Assembly: GCA_051294375.1 (NCBI GenBank)
Contig: CM119269.1
Coordinates: 9,979,056 to 10,043,055 of the forward strand
Direction: 5' to 3'
From: Paraspadella gotoi
Taxonomy: Eukaryota > Animalia > Chaetognatha
Length of the DNA: 64,000 nucleotides
The first letter of the stretch is position 1; each line of letters opens with the position of its first letter. The notes beneath the pieces are model-generated. The model saw only the letters and a program-made list of their open reading frames with translations. It did no database searches and had not been told where the DNA came from. The translations under genes were made by a program, and so were the position numbers. Of the stretch, positions 38,705 to 51,900 are shown one piece after another.

Positions 38705-38850
38705 CTGCATCTTCCCCTGCTGTCGTCCCCACATGTGATACCAAAAGGTAAGGTAGGCCTTTTCAACCGACTCGCGGATTTTTCCCGATTTCAAGATGGC
38801 GCGGGAATCGATCGGGTGAGTCGCGGAGGCGTCGAGGAGAAGCACGTGAC
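38705..38850 (-). CDS. Multi-MAM-domain protein, exon A (first visible exon, MAM1): (G)HVLLLDASATHPIDSRAILKSGKIRESVEKAYLTFWYHMWGRQQGKMQ
   Basis: Manual translation. cctcag acceptor, gtaagg donor, phase 1 to 0. Contains the MAM hallmark FWYHMxG. Confidence 0.9.
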
Positions 38851-39409
38851 CTGAGGAGGGGGGGTGAGGGGAAGTGGGATTGGATTAGTGTCGATTTCAT
38901 GGGGGGAACGGAGGAGAGATAGAGGAAAAAAGAGGGATGTAGAAAAGAATGGAGAAAAAGAAAGGAATGAGAGAGAGGATTGAAAAGAAGGAAGAAAGAA
39001 TTGATATAGATGAAGAGGAAAGAGAAAAAGGAAAAGAGAAGAGAAAGATAGAGATGGAGATATTTAGAGACAAAAGAGACAAAAGCGACAAAAAGAAAGA
39101 TGAAGATCTTGCGCGACAATTTGAACATGTATTGCAGATTGCCGGAAAGTCGACAATAGATATTTTAAACGAGAAAAAATAGAAAGCTTAATAGAAAGTT
39201 AATAAAAACTTAAAGTACCGCTTGCGACTGACGATTTCGATTGTGGCCGCTAGAGACTTGAAAATAAATGAAATACGATTGAAAATGTTTCGAAAAAATT
39301 GAAACAAAAGAGAAAGAAAGACTGAAAAAATATTTGTTTGGGGCTGAAAAATATTTAAACATTTTAGGCTCTTACTCCGGTCTCCCAGGATTTAATTAAT
39401 TTATTTAAT

Positions 39410-39428
39410 TTTTTATTTCTTAATTAAT

Positions 39429-39512
<84 letters not shown>

Positions 39513-39572
39513 TTTTTTATTTATTTATTTATTTATTTCTTTATTTCTTTATTTCTTTATTTATTTATTTAC

Positions 39573-39603
<31 letters not shown>

Positions 39604-39660
39604 TTTCTTTATTTCTTTATTTCTTTATTTATTTATTTATTTCTTTATTTATTTAATTTA
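39410..39660. repeat. (TTTA)n/(TTTC)n microsatellite
   Basis: Directly visible. Confidence 0.95.
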
Positions 39661-40654
39661 CTTCGCCTTCCTCCATGCCAATGATCCTTGGCCTTGCCCC
39701 CCTCTCCCATGCCAATGCCATGCCTTCCTAATAACCCTGATTCCTCTTCTACTCTTAGTCCTTTTTCTGCTCCTGTCTTTTCCTCAAAAGGTTTGTTTTG
39801 ACAATTTTAGTCGAAAAAGTCATAAAAAAAAAGAAAAAAACTCAAAATGAAAATGGCTGTCTGTTTCCTTTCAAATGAAATAAAAAACTAGGAAAAGAAC
39901 TTGAAAAAAAAACATTTCAAGATTTTTAATTTTTTTAACAGAAAAGAAAAATTGAATTAAATATAAAACAAAAAAAGACGGCGAGTTTTCGTTTCAGGTA
40001 AAAATCGTAACTGGAAAAGTGACAACTTAAAAGCATAAAAAGGCAGGGAAAACGAAAGCAAAATGGAATTTACCGTTAATACATACTATTAAGGTTGCGT
40101 AGGAGGCCTTGAACCACCAAAGCCTTTCATAATAGTCAAAATGGCTTAGTTATTTAAGGAATAGTTAATTTTATATTGGTTGTACAAATTTCATAGTTAT
40201 AACATTAAAAAATAAGAAATATTTACAATGAAAATTGTCTGAAAATTTTGAGAGCCTCCGTGGTAGAAAAGAACTAAAAATTGTTTGGCGATTCGAAATC
40301 GTAAGGTTGGAATCACCTGAGAAAAGATTGACAAGAGAGCATGAGGAGAGAGGGGAGAGAGGAGACTGAGAGAAGAGACGAGGATGGAAGAGAGAAGAAT
40401 CGAGAGTTTTACGACGAACAGAGAGAGCTGGGAGAAGAGACAGAGACCGGAGGAGCACGCGAGGGAGACGATTAGTCCGAGAAGAAGGGGGAGAGAGGGC
40501 CGCCCACACGATGAACGACACGCTCGCGAGAGAGAGAGAGATTTGGAACTGCTTCCGGAAAAGGCTAACGCGGATTTTCTAAACACTCAATTCCCTTTGG
40601 GGAGAAGGAAGGCGAGAATGAAATGGTGGCTGGGAGATAAGAAAGAGAGAGAGA

Positions 40655-40719
<65 letters not shown>

Positions 40720-40888
40720 TGAAGAGAGTAAGAGAGAGAGAAGCGACAAATTGTTAAAGAAGGAAAATCTTTTAAAACCATTGAGAAAAAGTAGGGACGA
40801 TTGGGTGACTGGGTAGAGCTCTCTTTCTCTCTCTCCTTTCCTCTCTCTCCTCTCTCTCCTCTCTCTCTCTCCTCTTTCTCTCTCTCTA

Positions 40889-40933
<45 letters not shown>

Positions 40934-41199
40934 CTTCTCTCTCTCTCTCTCTCTCTCTCCCTATTTCTTCTCTTTACTCAACCGCGAAACGGGCCAGCGC
41001 CAGCAGTGGCCGCTGGAGATCCTTATTCTTCGAAAAAATATTCCGCCTACTCGAACGAAGTTCAGCTCTGCATGCGCGAGATTGCATGAGGAGGAGGAGG
41101 CAGAGGAGGAGGAGGAAGATGAGGAGGAGGAGAAATTTGGAAGGAGTGGGAAGTGATGGTGAAGGAAGAAATATATGGAGAAAGATGATGGAGAGAGAG

Positions 41200-41258
<59 letters not shown>

Positions 41259-41294
41259 AATAAAGAAAGAAAGAAAGAAAGAAAGAAAGAAAAA

Positions 41295-41345
<51 letters not shown>
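41200..41345. repeat. (GAAA)n microsatellite within a wider GA/CT-rich region (40.6-42.3 kb)
   Basis: Directly visible. Confidence 0.95.
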
Positions 41346-41352
<7 letters not shown>

Positions 41353-41859
41353 AAAATATAAAGAAAATTGAAAATATTGAGAGAGAATAGGAGGAATACG
41401 GTAAGAATAGTAAAACAAAAAAAGTTAATGACTGAGATGTTAGACAAGAGGGAAAGAATAACAAAGAAAAGAAAAAGAAATTAAGAATAAAAATAAAAGA
41501 TATAAAGAAAGAAAAAGAAATGTTGTTAAAATGAGAGAGTGGAATAAAGAGTGTAAAAGAAAGAGTGAAAAGAAGAAAGAAAAAAAGAGATAGAGAAAAG
41601 GAAAGAGAGAAAAAGAGAGAGAGAGAAAAGGAAAGAGAGAAAAAGAGAGAGAGAGAAAAGGAAAGAGAGAAAAAGAGAGAGAGAGAGAGAAGGAGAGGAC
41701 AGCTCGGGACGGCGGGCGAAAGTGCTTTTTTCTATTAAATAAGTCCAATTCATCTTCCCCGCCATAAACTCTTATCTCCGCTAACTTCTTTTTTTTTCGT
41801 CCCGCTCCGCTCTGTTGCCTCTCCTCTTCTCTCTCCTCTTCTCATCTCTCTCCTATCTC

Positions 41860-41902
<43 letters not shown>

Positions 41903-41919
41903 TCCTCTCTCCTCTCTCT

Positions 41920-41956
<37 letters not shown>

Positions 41957-42004
41957 CTCTTCTCTTCTCTTCTCTCTCTCCTTTCTCTCTCTATCTCTCT
42001 CTCC

Positions 42005-42125
<121 letters not shown>

Positions 42126-42872
42126 CTCCCCTCTCTCGGTTGTCCTTTACCTACAAATAACCCCCGTGGCCTAAGAAAATAGTTGCGAGGGCGAAAATAT
42201 ATCGATAATTTCTTACCATTTAAACAAAACGATGAAGAGCATGGAGAGAGAGAGAGAGACAGAGAGAGAGAGAGAAGGAGAGAGAGACGAGAGAGAGAGA
42301 GAGAGAGAGATTTGACTTTTGATTTGCGATTTATTCTGCTCATAATGTTAATAAAACACATTTACCAATCACAGCGATCGTACTATGAATATTATGTACA
42401 TACAATTATGTAAAATAAATATAAAATAACAATTAAAAAATTCATTAAATAACATAAACGAGGAAATGCGTAAATTAAAAGAAAAATTTTATATACCAGA
42501 TCATCTTAAGTTTATGATGGAACCTTTTCCATTTTTTACATTCCATACATTTTCAATGCTTTACCAATTATTTCAATATTTTGAAGTATCTTTAGAATAA
42601 ATTTCTCTGAATTCGATTTTCATTGTTCGTCTTCTAGAAAAGTTTATGTTTTTCCATTTAACGCAATAATTAGACGTGTGTTTCACACATCGAAAGTCGA
42701 CATATGTTCACAGATTTCTTTTAAAAGATCCTTGCAAGTTTTCCACACTACTAGCATATCGATATCTCGCTATCAAAAGACGATCTGGTGTTTTCTTTTG
42801 TTGCCACATTTTAGTAGTTCCTCATGTTCTCTTTTGGTAGTGTCCATTTTTGAGGTTATCTATTGATGATTT

Positions 42873-42915
<43 letters not shown>

Positions 42916-43427
42916 TTTCGATGTGCCCACTTTCTTCTCTCTCGTTCGACTTTCAAAATCTAAACTTAGACAAGTAAACAAAACAATTGATTTCATGTTA
43001 TGAAAATAGAAAAATTACTCGTTTCACTATTTTTTTTATTATATTATTATTATGAAATTGGTATATATTATAATTAATATTTTATAATATTAATATTTAA
43101 GGTTTTACTATATGTTTGTGTATATAAAACGATTTAAACCAAAAGAGAAAAAAATTCGTTCTTCACCAAAAGGGAAAACGAGGACCGATTATTTTTTAAT
43201 CTTTTGCCCATTAGCCAACTTGTTCCGGCCTCGTTGTTGTCGTTGTTGTTGTCGTTGTAGTCGTCGTTGTTGTTGTCGTGGTTGTCCTCGTTTTGACAAG
43301 AGGAGGCGTTAATGGATGAATAGTTGGTGTGAGCGTATTAGTTTTTAATCATAATATTATTGTGTAATTTAAATTAATGTATCGATTTATACTTTCGGGA
43401 ATGTCAGAGAAGAGTGTTGAAATATTA

Positions 43428-43590
43428 TTCATGCCACCATTTATAGTAAAAGTAGTTCATTTATGCCACCCATTTCAGCATCGGGTTTCCATTTATGCCG
43501 CTGTTCACAGTTTCAAGATTTCATTTATGCCAACCTATCTAAGTATCGGGTTTTCATTTATGCCGCTATTTACTGTATCGGGTTTTTCCT
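43428..43590. repeat. ~33-bp degenerate tandem repeat with a TTCATTTATGCC core
   Basis: Core recurs about 5 times. Confidence 0.7.
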
Positions 43591-46419
43591 CTAACGTTAT
43601 TTACTTTTCAGGATTAGGAAATGAAAGGGAACTTGTCAAGGAAGAGAAGAGAGGATGGAAAGTGTTTACCTCAGAAGTCGGGGGGTCTCCTAATACTCTT
43701 CCTCCTCCTTCTCTTCTTCCTCCTCCTTCTCTTCCTCATCCTTCTCCTTTTCCTCCTCTACCTCCTCTTCCTTATCCTTCTCCTCTTCCTTCTCTTTTTC
43801 CTCCTCCTTTTCTCTTCTTCCTTCCTCCACCTCTTCCTTTCTACCTCTCTATCTCTAACTCTATTCCTTTCTCTTTTTCTTTATTCTCTATTTCTTTTTT
43901 TCTTTTTCTCTCTCACTCCTCGTTTTTCCTCTTTTAAATTTCTATGTCTTTCCTGAAATTTTCAAGTTTCAAATCTTTGGATTATATCAAATTATTTAAT
44001 AAACAATATTTCGATCTTACTTTCACCCTCTCCTTATTTGATTCTTCCTTTCTTCTTTTTCTTTTCATTCTCTCTCCCTTCCTTCTACTTAGTTCCTCCT
44101 CCTCCTCCTCCTCCTCCTTCGCCTCCCCCCCCAACTCAACTACCGAATTCTTTATAATACTCGTTTTTTCAATATTCGGCTCAAACGCCGTCACCGAGGG
44201 ATCGATTCGACCAAAATAAACAAACAAAGAGGGAAAATTGGGGAAGAGCGGGGAAAGGATTTACGAGGTACTTAGGAAGTCTGGCATTTGAGAGGGCATC
44301 GGTGTATCGGCCGCGATATCTCGCGGGGTCTTAACAGTATCGTGCGCGGGCGATATAAAGGTTTTTAGACTCGCGGGCGATAACGGTAACGGCGGTATCG
44401 AACGCGTTAGGGAAAATTGGGTTTTCTTTTATGTATGGAAAGAGGAGAACAAAAATTTTGAATGAATACCTGAAAGTATTTTGGTCATATTTATCAACAA
44501 AAAGCGTCTTATTTCCTGAAAATTTTAGGTAATTTTAGGTTAGGGATTTCGTAAGGGATTACGGTTAGGCATAAGGGATAAGGGTTAAGCTATAAGGTTT
44601 AGTATTAAGGGAAAATAATTTTAGATTTGGGATAAACGTATAAAGATTTGAGTTAGGATTAAACTTTAAGTTTCGTCTGTCCGAGGATATTAAGTTTATA
44701 TATAGAATACAGTTTATTTATAAACAGAAAAAGGTTCTATCTTTTAAATACTACTTTTGGAGATCCACTAAAAAAAAGACAAAGAGGAGGAGGAGGACGA
44801 GGAGGAGGAGAGAAAGAGGATAAAAGATAAGTACATGATAATTATGTAATAAGTCTCTAATGAACGAAAGAGCTAAACAACTGATTGAACCCGAGAAAGC
44901 GTTCAAATTACAACAATGACAACAATTCTCTCGAGGCTACAATCGCGAACAACTGTTTGGCAATTTAGTTGATCGAACGCAATACTTTTCCATCACGTGC
45001 ACATTTATTGCATGAGCGCGAAGATTACCACGCTGGCGCGCATTTGCATGCAAAGACGTCGCGCACTTTTGTTATTCCCTCTAATCTTCGACGATGAGAA
45101 ACAAAAATCAATATTTGATGTCGATACATTTTCAAAAAAAGGAAAATTAGTATAGTAAAGTATAATATAGTATAGTATATAAAGACTGGTAAAAATTATA
45201 TGTTAGCTAAGAAAAACGTTTTATATAGGACACAATGAAAAATGGCGTAACTTTACTTTCCGTTCATAAAAAAAAATTCATAGTACTAATAGTTAGTGTT
45301 ATGTTCAAATAGATGGAAAAAAACCTCATTAAAATATCGATGTGGGTAACTAAGGTTACCAATGGCATCCTCCCATGCCGATTTTGTCTTCAAAAAATTT
45401 TTTATTAATACATTTTGAAAGGGAAAAAAAGGAAATTTGGATGCGGTTGCAGAAAGGTACAGATAATCTGGACTTATTGACATGATAACCATGACTTTTA
45501 ATTCTTGTGAAATGGGGGCAGTAAAGAAATCTAAAAAATTTCATCATTAAGTCAGTCAATGACCCTTTCCAATGGGCTATTACGGAATATTTTTTCTTAA
45601 TTAAAATGGATGATAAATAATAAATTAATTCCTTGCTATATTTAAAAAAAATTATCAATACAAATTAACACAATGATGTTTTGCTTTGTCAAATATGTTA
45701 CCAGCTATTAATTTTTTACAACTTTAATATGATAAACAAGCAGTGTGTCAAGCTTTTAGTTTGCAGTTAAAGATAATGAAAAATGCGATTTTTTTTTTCA
45801 CAGACAAGAAGGTAAATGTCCAGACTGTTTATATCAAGCTGAAAACATTTTTTGTTATTTATCATTTTTAATATTTAAAATATATTTTATCAAGCTACAA
45901 CAAAATTTTTGTTGTTTTTACTTTAACTGAAAAATATAAGCAATTTTATGGATAAAAAAAATTTAATAATAAACAAAATGTAATTCAGTCTTTCTTTTTC
46001 AATTACAAAAGAAAAAAAATTCATATGTCTTATTGATATTTTTAAAGCAAAAAACTGTTATACTTTTAACTCTGATTTAAACAAAGCTGTGTAAAGATTT
46101 ATGGATTAATTTAATAAAACTCTTTTAAAGGTGTCTCATGATTAGGGCTTTAATTTGATACCACATCCACCTTGCTACCTCTTTTCTTTCAAAGTTATTT
46201 AAAAAAATAAGTTTTTTAAATTAAGCAGTACAAATCTTTGTAAATAAAAATTTCGGCAAAGCGGAGTATCTCACTTATTTCTGTTGGTACAATACTTAAA
46301 TTTCAAAATAAAACTTAAAGAAAATTTTTTTTGTCATTAGAGACATATCACTTCTAATGTACCCATCATATAATAATTTATTTATTTATTTCCCCCAAAA
46401 AAGCTTAATTAGAAAAGTT

Positions 46420-46640
46420 GAAATTTTTTCAAATTGTTGGGAAAAATTTCATCCGACCTATGCTCATGAGAATAATGGTTTTGCATAGAAAATTAAAATA
46501 TCAAAAAAATAAAAAAATCAGCCTCTAAAAAAAATTGAAAGGCTAGAGGCTGATTTTTTAGATTGCAAAATTTTTTTCCTGACTCATAATCCATATTCTC
46601 AAGTTTCAAATATTTTTTCCAAAATCATTCAATCAATTTT
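46420..46640. mobile_element. Palindromic MITE-like element centred on a 16-bp inverted repeat
   Basis: AAAAAATCAGCCTCTA / TAGAGGCTGATTTTTT at 46511-46559, with outer matches tgagaataatgg / ccatattctca. Confidence 0.45.
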
Positions 46641-48060
46641 TTTTATTAATTTAAAATGTTTTTATGATGTTGTTTTTGTTTGAAAGAATTGAAAAAAAGT
46701 GAAAAATATAGTAATTATATAAGGTTTTTGAAAATACCTTTAAAATATTAAAAAATTAGACACAAGGGGAGTAAGCAGAGAAAACTTCCCTATTATAAAG
46801 AAAATTGAAAATGAATTTGTCATATGTTATTTAGATTAATTGACTAATTACAAACAAATGATTCATATAAATTGAGGAAATGATGGGTAAAAATATTCAT
46901 CTTGGTCTCGGTTAACTATTAGGTTATCGTTAAAGTTTTGTTTTAATAATATTAATATTTTTTTTGCATTTATAAAAGCAATGGTCTTAAATTTTGTAGC
47001 CGTTCGAGCTATATTGCTTCATCTTTTTTACTATTTTTGATCTAGTTAGCTTTTTTTTGATGGTCAAGGTTATGGTCAGATACAGATATGTCCAGTAGTG
47101 TATATCGCACATATTACCAAAAGTAAGTTGATCAATTAATTTGGCTCAGAAACGATTTTAAAGGGACAAAATCAGCATCGAGACGCGTTGTCGCCACGTT
47201 ATTTTTCATTGTGTCATAGAGGGATCATTTTTGTTTACGTTTCACCGATCAAAACCATGTAAAATTCATAGTTCTTAACTTTCTGCAAAATCTCTGAAAT
47301 GAAAATTTTTTTAAATAAGAAAATTCTCTTAACTTAATCCTTTCCCACTTTAACTTTTTCGTTATTCTTTTCTTCGACTTTCTTTACTTAATCTCAACTT
47401 AATCCCATCTCCTTTTAAAAGATTTATCATCCTCTCCTTCCTTCCCTTCATTCTCATCTTAATCCTTTCCCACTTTATTGTCAATTCCCCACTTTTAATC
47501 CCTTCTCTTCTTAAATCTACTTTATCTCTTCCTCATCACAATTTTCTCTCCCATTTTCTGTTTTTTCTTAATTGATGCTTTCGTCGTCATCACGATGAGT
47601 CGCACTTCACCCAATTCCCTTTCCTTCTTTCTCTCCTCTCCCTTTCCTCCCTTTTCTTCCTTCTCTTTTCCTCTCTTCCCCTCCCATCCTTCTTTCCTTC
47701 TTTTTTCCTCTCCCATCCCCCCTCGCTCTCCCTCCCCCTCTCTTCTCTCTCTCCCTTCCTTCCCTCACCCCCCCCACCGTCAACAGTTCTTCACATTTGT
47801 GATTCTCTTTTCTACTCGAATCGTAAACTACGAGTTTCTCCCGTTAGAAAGGCGTGACGACGAGAGGGCGTCACCACGAGGATGACGTCGCCCGCGTCAC
47901 CTCAAAAAACGTGACAAAATTGACACGGCGCATGACACCCGTCGACGTGACTAAATTGAGAGTAAGCTACATGCAAAACGGAGAACTATTTACCAAGAGC
48001 GCCCAATTATGTTTAATTTAATATAATAATTTAATTAGTAGAAATAAGTTTGAGTTTATT

Positions 48061-48151
48061 TGAAGACAGATCTGTCTTCACCTTGACCTGTCCTCACATC
48101 TGACCACTATTCTTTTCTCAACTCTGTGTTGGAAACTTTGCCCTGTCTCTG

Positions 48152-48197
<46 letters not shown>

Positions 48198-48330
48198 TCT
48201 TACTTTTCCTTTGCACAAATAATTTGTAAAAGTTCACAAAACAATTTTTCTCTATGACGCTGAAGAAGGCTTGTAACTAAAGCCGAAACATGTACGTCCT
48301 TATGTACTAATAAAATCCTTATTTCTACTA
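48061..48330 (+). mobile_element. Putative Penelope-like element pLTR remnant
   Basis: Short non-coding segment with a (CT)n tract, a minimal hammerhead and a following AATAAA. No RT or GIY-YIG ORF seen. Boundaries inferred. Confidence 0.45.
48256..48298 (+). ncRNA. Minimal type I hammerhead ribozyme (Penelope-like element type)
   Basis: GACG-CTGAAGA-A-GGCTT(gtaacta)AAGCC-GAAA-CATG-TA-CGTC. Intact catalytic boxes, stem I GACG/CGTC, stem II GGCTT/AAGCC, palindromic ACATGT stem III, GUA cleavage triplet. AATAAA at 48309. Confidence 0.8.
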
Positions 48331-49087
48331 ATCCAAACACAACGAAAAGAAAGGAAATTCGCTATGCCTAATAATTTAATTTAATTAATTTAATTTAATA
48401 ACCAAACGCTGATGAAAACTCGCAAAAATAAGAGTCAAAACATAACCGACTATTCTGTCAATTAAAATTGTTATATGTCACTAAAAACTGTTTTTCCTAT
48501 ATTCTCAAACGCAACGAAAAGAGAGAAACTTAACATAATACCTAACCCATATTTTTTCTAAAAAATTTAAACATTAATGATAGTGATAACGTTAGAGGGC
48601 AAAGAGTTTGTTCCTGACAGTAAACCCTTACCTTAATCTTCAGCTTAATCCCCAACCTTTTCGCCTAAACCAAAACCCTATTCTTAACTTCAATCCTCAA
48701 CCATAATTTTTAACCCTATTAATCCTAATCTCAAGCCTAATCCATAACCTAGTGTTTATGCCTAATTTTTAATCTAATCTTAAATCTTAAAACTTAAAAA
48801 CAAATTTGAAAAATAAGTTTTAAAGGGGCATTTTTGGAAAATATGGCCCAAAATGAGAAAACGTGCGACACTAAGTGGAGCTACGCGGAGTTTGACACCA
48901 TCAGTACAACGTGACACCTTTCAAGCCTCGTGACACGGTCAGGTGACACGGTCGCGTGACACGGGTGTGTGAAACGGGCGTGACAAACCTCGAAGTGGAA
49001 CTCGAGGTTTTTCGGTGACGAAGAAAAGATTTCGTCGCCAAAGTCACTTTACTTACATTTAAAGACTCTTAAGGGATTCATTCTCTC

Positions 49088-49128
<41 letters not shown>

Positions 49129-49449
49129 TCTCGCTCTTCTCCTCTCGTCTCTCTGCTCTCTCTCGCTATCTTCTATATCCTTAAATTTTCTAAATCCCTT
49201 AGGCTTCCTCTCTCTCTCTCTCTCTCTCCGCTTTTCCACTCGAAATTCCCAAAAAAGGAAAGAAACAGTTTTTTTTTTTTTCCCTTTTTCTTTCTTAATT
49301 CCATAAATTTTCCTTCTTCTCTCCGCATTTTCCTTTTTTTTCTTTTTCCTTCCATTTTTTTCTTTCTTTTTTTTTCCATTTTCATTTTCGGCGCGCGACG
49401 ACGGAGAAGATTCCCTTTGGGGATTTGACCCTCCGGAAGGGAAAACGTG

Positions 49450-49750
49450 AGGGGAATGAATGAGGAATGGGGGAGGAGAGGGGAAATGAAATGAAAAATG
49501 GTGGAGGAGGGGGGAAATGAATGAAAATGGGGGAGGAGAAGGGGGATGAATAAAAATGGGGAAGAAGAGGGGGAAATGAAATGAAAAATGGGGAGAGAGG
49601 GGGAAATGAATGAAAATGGGGAGGAGAGGGGGGAAATGAATGAAAATGGGGGAAGAGAGGGGGAAAATGAAATAAAAATGGGGATGACAGGGGGAAATGA
49701 ATAAAAATGGGGGAGGAAAGGAGGGAAATGAATGAAAATGGGGAGAAGAA
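49450..49750. repeat. ~30-bp purine-rich minisatellite (AAATGAATGAAAATGGGGGAGGAGAGGGGG); copies at about 54200-54500 and 60355-60650
   Basis: About 10 units with repeated G4-G6 runs. Confidence 0.85.
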
Positions 49751-50902
49751 ATGAAGACGGGATAAGTAAAACTATAAATAAAGGTTGAAAAGTATAGAAA
49801 GAAATGAACGCAAAAAAAGTCCTTGATTACTTCAATATGTAAATGAGATTTTTTCGCAATTTATGCAAGACGTACACTCATCACGCAACTTTTGAAATGG
49901 CTGGGTGTTTAGCTTACATCAGATTCCGGATCTAAAATTGGTTTTCGTCGGTCCCGTCGGTCCCACCCCAAAATCTTTTTTTCGGTTTGGTCACTTAAAT
50001 CATGTCAGAATCATGAAATTATGAATAAAAATTATACAAGAAAAACCGATGTCCGTTAGCCGTTCTGTCGTCCGTCTGTCTGTCCTGTCTTTTCTATCCG
50101 TCCCACCTTAAGCTTTACGATTTGGACTTAAAATTTTGTTTGTGGTTATAAGATTGTGATGTGATTGATTAGGCTGAAAATAAAAATTTCGATGGAATCG
50201 TCCGAAGTGGAAATGAGTTTAAAATTAAATAAAAAATATATTAAAATGTCATGCAAGCTGCATCAATTGATTAATTAATTATATTGGGGTATTTCAAGTT
50301 GCTGAAGCGCCAATGAATTCCGGCATTGTTTTGCTCAAAACTTTTAAAGAAGAAGAATATTCAGCTTCAGGATCAATTTTTATTAATAAAAAATTAAATT
50401 TAAAATGACGCAATATTTTTTTAAGAAAAATTGGAAAACTAAGTGATGAAAAAATATTAAAAAATAAAGTTATTTACTAGGAGGATTCGTTTAAGTTAGT
50501 TGCAGCGGCTGACATTTTCTGTTTTGCCTTTCGAGTAAAAGGATAAAAAAATCATTTTTCTTTATTATTTTATGAAATGAGAAACGCAAATATAAGTTGT
50601 TTCAATTCCTTTCAGCGGTCACTTGCGCTTCTCTAATCTAATTTTTCATCTTCTTGTCTCCGTTCTCCTCTTCGTCTCTCTCTTGCTTTCTCTCCCTCTC
50701 TCTCTTTCTCCCTTCTAAAGGCGAATATATTCTTGGATTGATCATGTTATTTCTTGCTTATCCCTAAGTTTCTTTCGTCGCGAAGACGTATGTCCAAACT
50801 TTGGTCTAAAATTTGAGTGGATAAGGAAGATGAGAGATAGAAGAGGAGAGAGGAAAGAAAGAGGAGAGTAGAGAGAGAGGAGGGAGAGAGAGTAGAGAGA
50901 GA

Positions 50903-50941
<39 letters not shown>

Positions 50942-51549
50942 AGAGAAGGATCAGGAAGTGATTCAACTCCTTGTGTTCACAATCCCCACTAAGAGTAAAA
51001 ATTCTGTGATAGTGTGATTTAAGAGAATCTGAGCCGAAAAACTTTCTCTTTTTTGAGGTTCCCGTGTCAGTTATGGTGCATAGATTTTGTTCATTTTCGT
51101 TGAGTTCACCTGCGTCAGGTCATCTAAGTCTATGACCTTAACTTCTCAATACACAGATAAGCTGAGTACTAAAGGTCATGATAAGAACTTAAGTGATATT
51201 TATTATTTTTATATCCGTGATTTATTTTCATTGTATAATATCGTCATATATCAATAATAAGTAATATTTGATCTTAAAGTAGTTGTCCAATGGTCGCTGA
51301 TCGCGATATTGTCCAATTGTCCTTGCTCATATTCTGGTAAATCCTGATTTCTCTTGATTGACTATTCTTGATGTGTTTTCTTGCAATAGGTCACCAAAGG
51401 GCAAAGCGGCAAGAACGCCGGAAAAGTTCAAAACGACAAAGGAAGATCAAAATCTGCGAGGGTAAAATCGTCAGAGACCCGGCCCTTTTGAATTTCCCCA
51501 TTTAATGGTCGGTCGGCGTCTTCGATATAAAAGAAAAACACTTTTGCCC

Positions 51550-51900
51550 TCCCCCTAAATCCTCTTACTTCTCTAAAATGCTCCTCTCTCCCCCTCCTCT
51601 ACTCCTCTAAAATTTCTATCTCTCCTCCTCCACCCTTCTAATCCTCCTCTCTCCTCTCATATACTCTCTAAATCTTCTTTTCCCCCCCGCATCTACGCTC
51701 TCTAAATTTCCTTTCTTCTCCTCCTCTACCTCTCTAAATCTCTTCTCTCCCCATCCTCTACCTCTCTAAATCTCCTCTCTCGCCCTCATTTACCTCTCTA
51801 AATCTCCCTCTCTTCCTCCTCTACCTCTCTTAAATCTCCTCTCTCCCCTTCCTCTACCTCTCTAAAATCTTCCTCTCTCCCCCTCCTCCATTCTAAATCT
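51550..51900. repeat. ~31-bp pyrimidine minisatellite (CCTCTACCTCTCTAAATCTCCTCTCTCCCCT); copy at about 62390-62750
   Basis: About 11 visible units. Confidence 0.85.

Noticed and set aside
40230-40316. Minus-strand YDFESPNNF as the missing MAM1 start
   Set aside because: In-frame stops on both sides and no W or DHT motifs.
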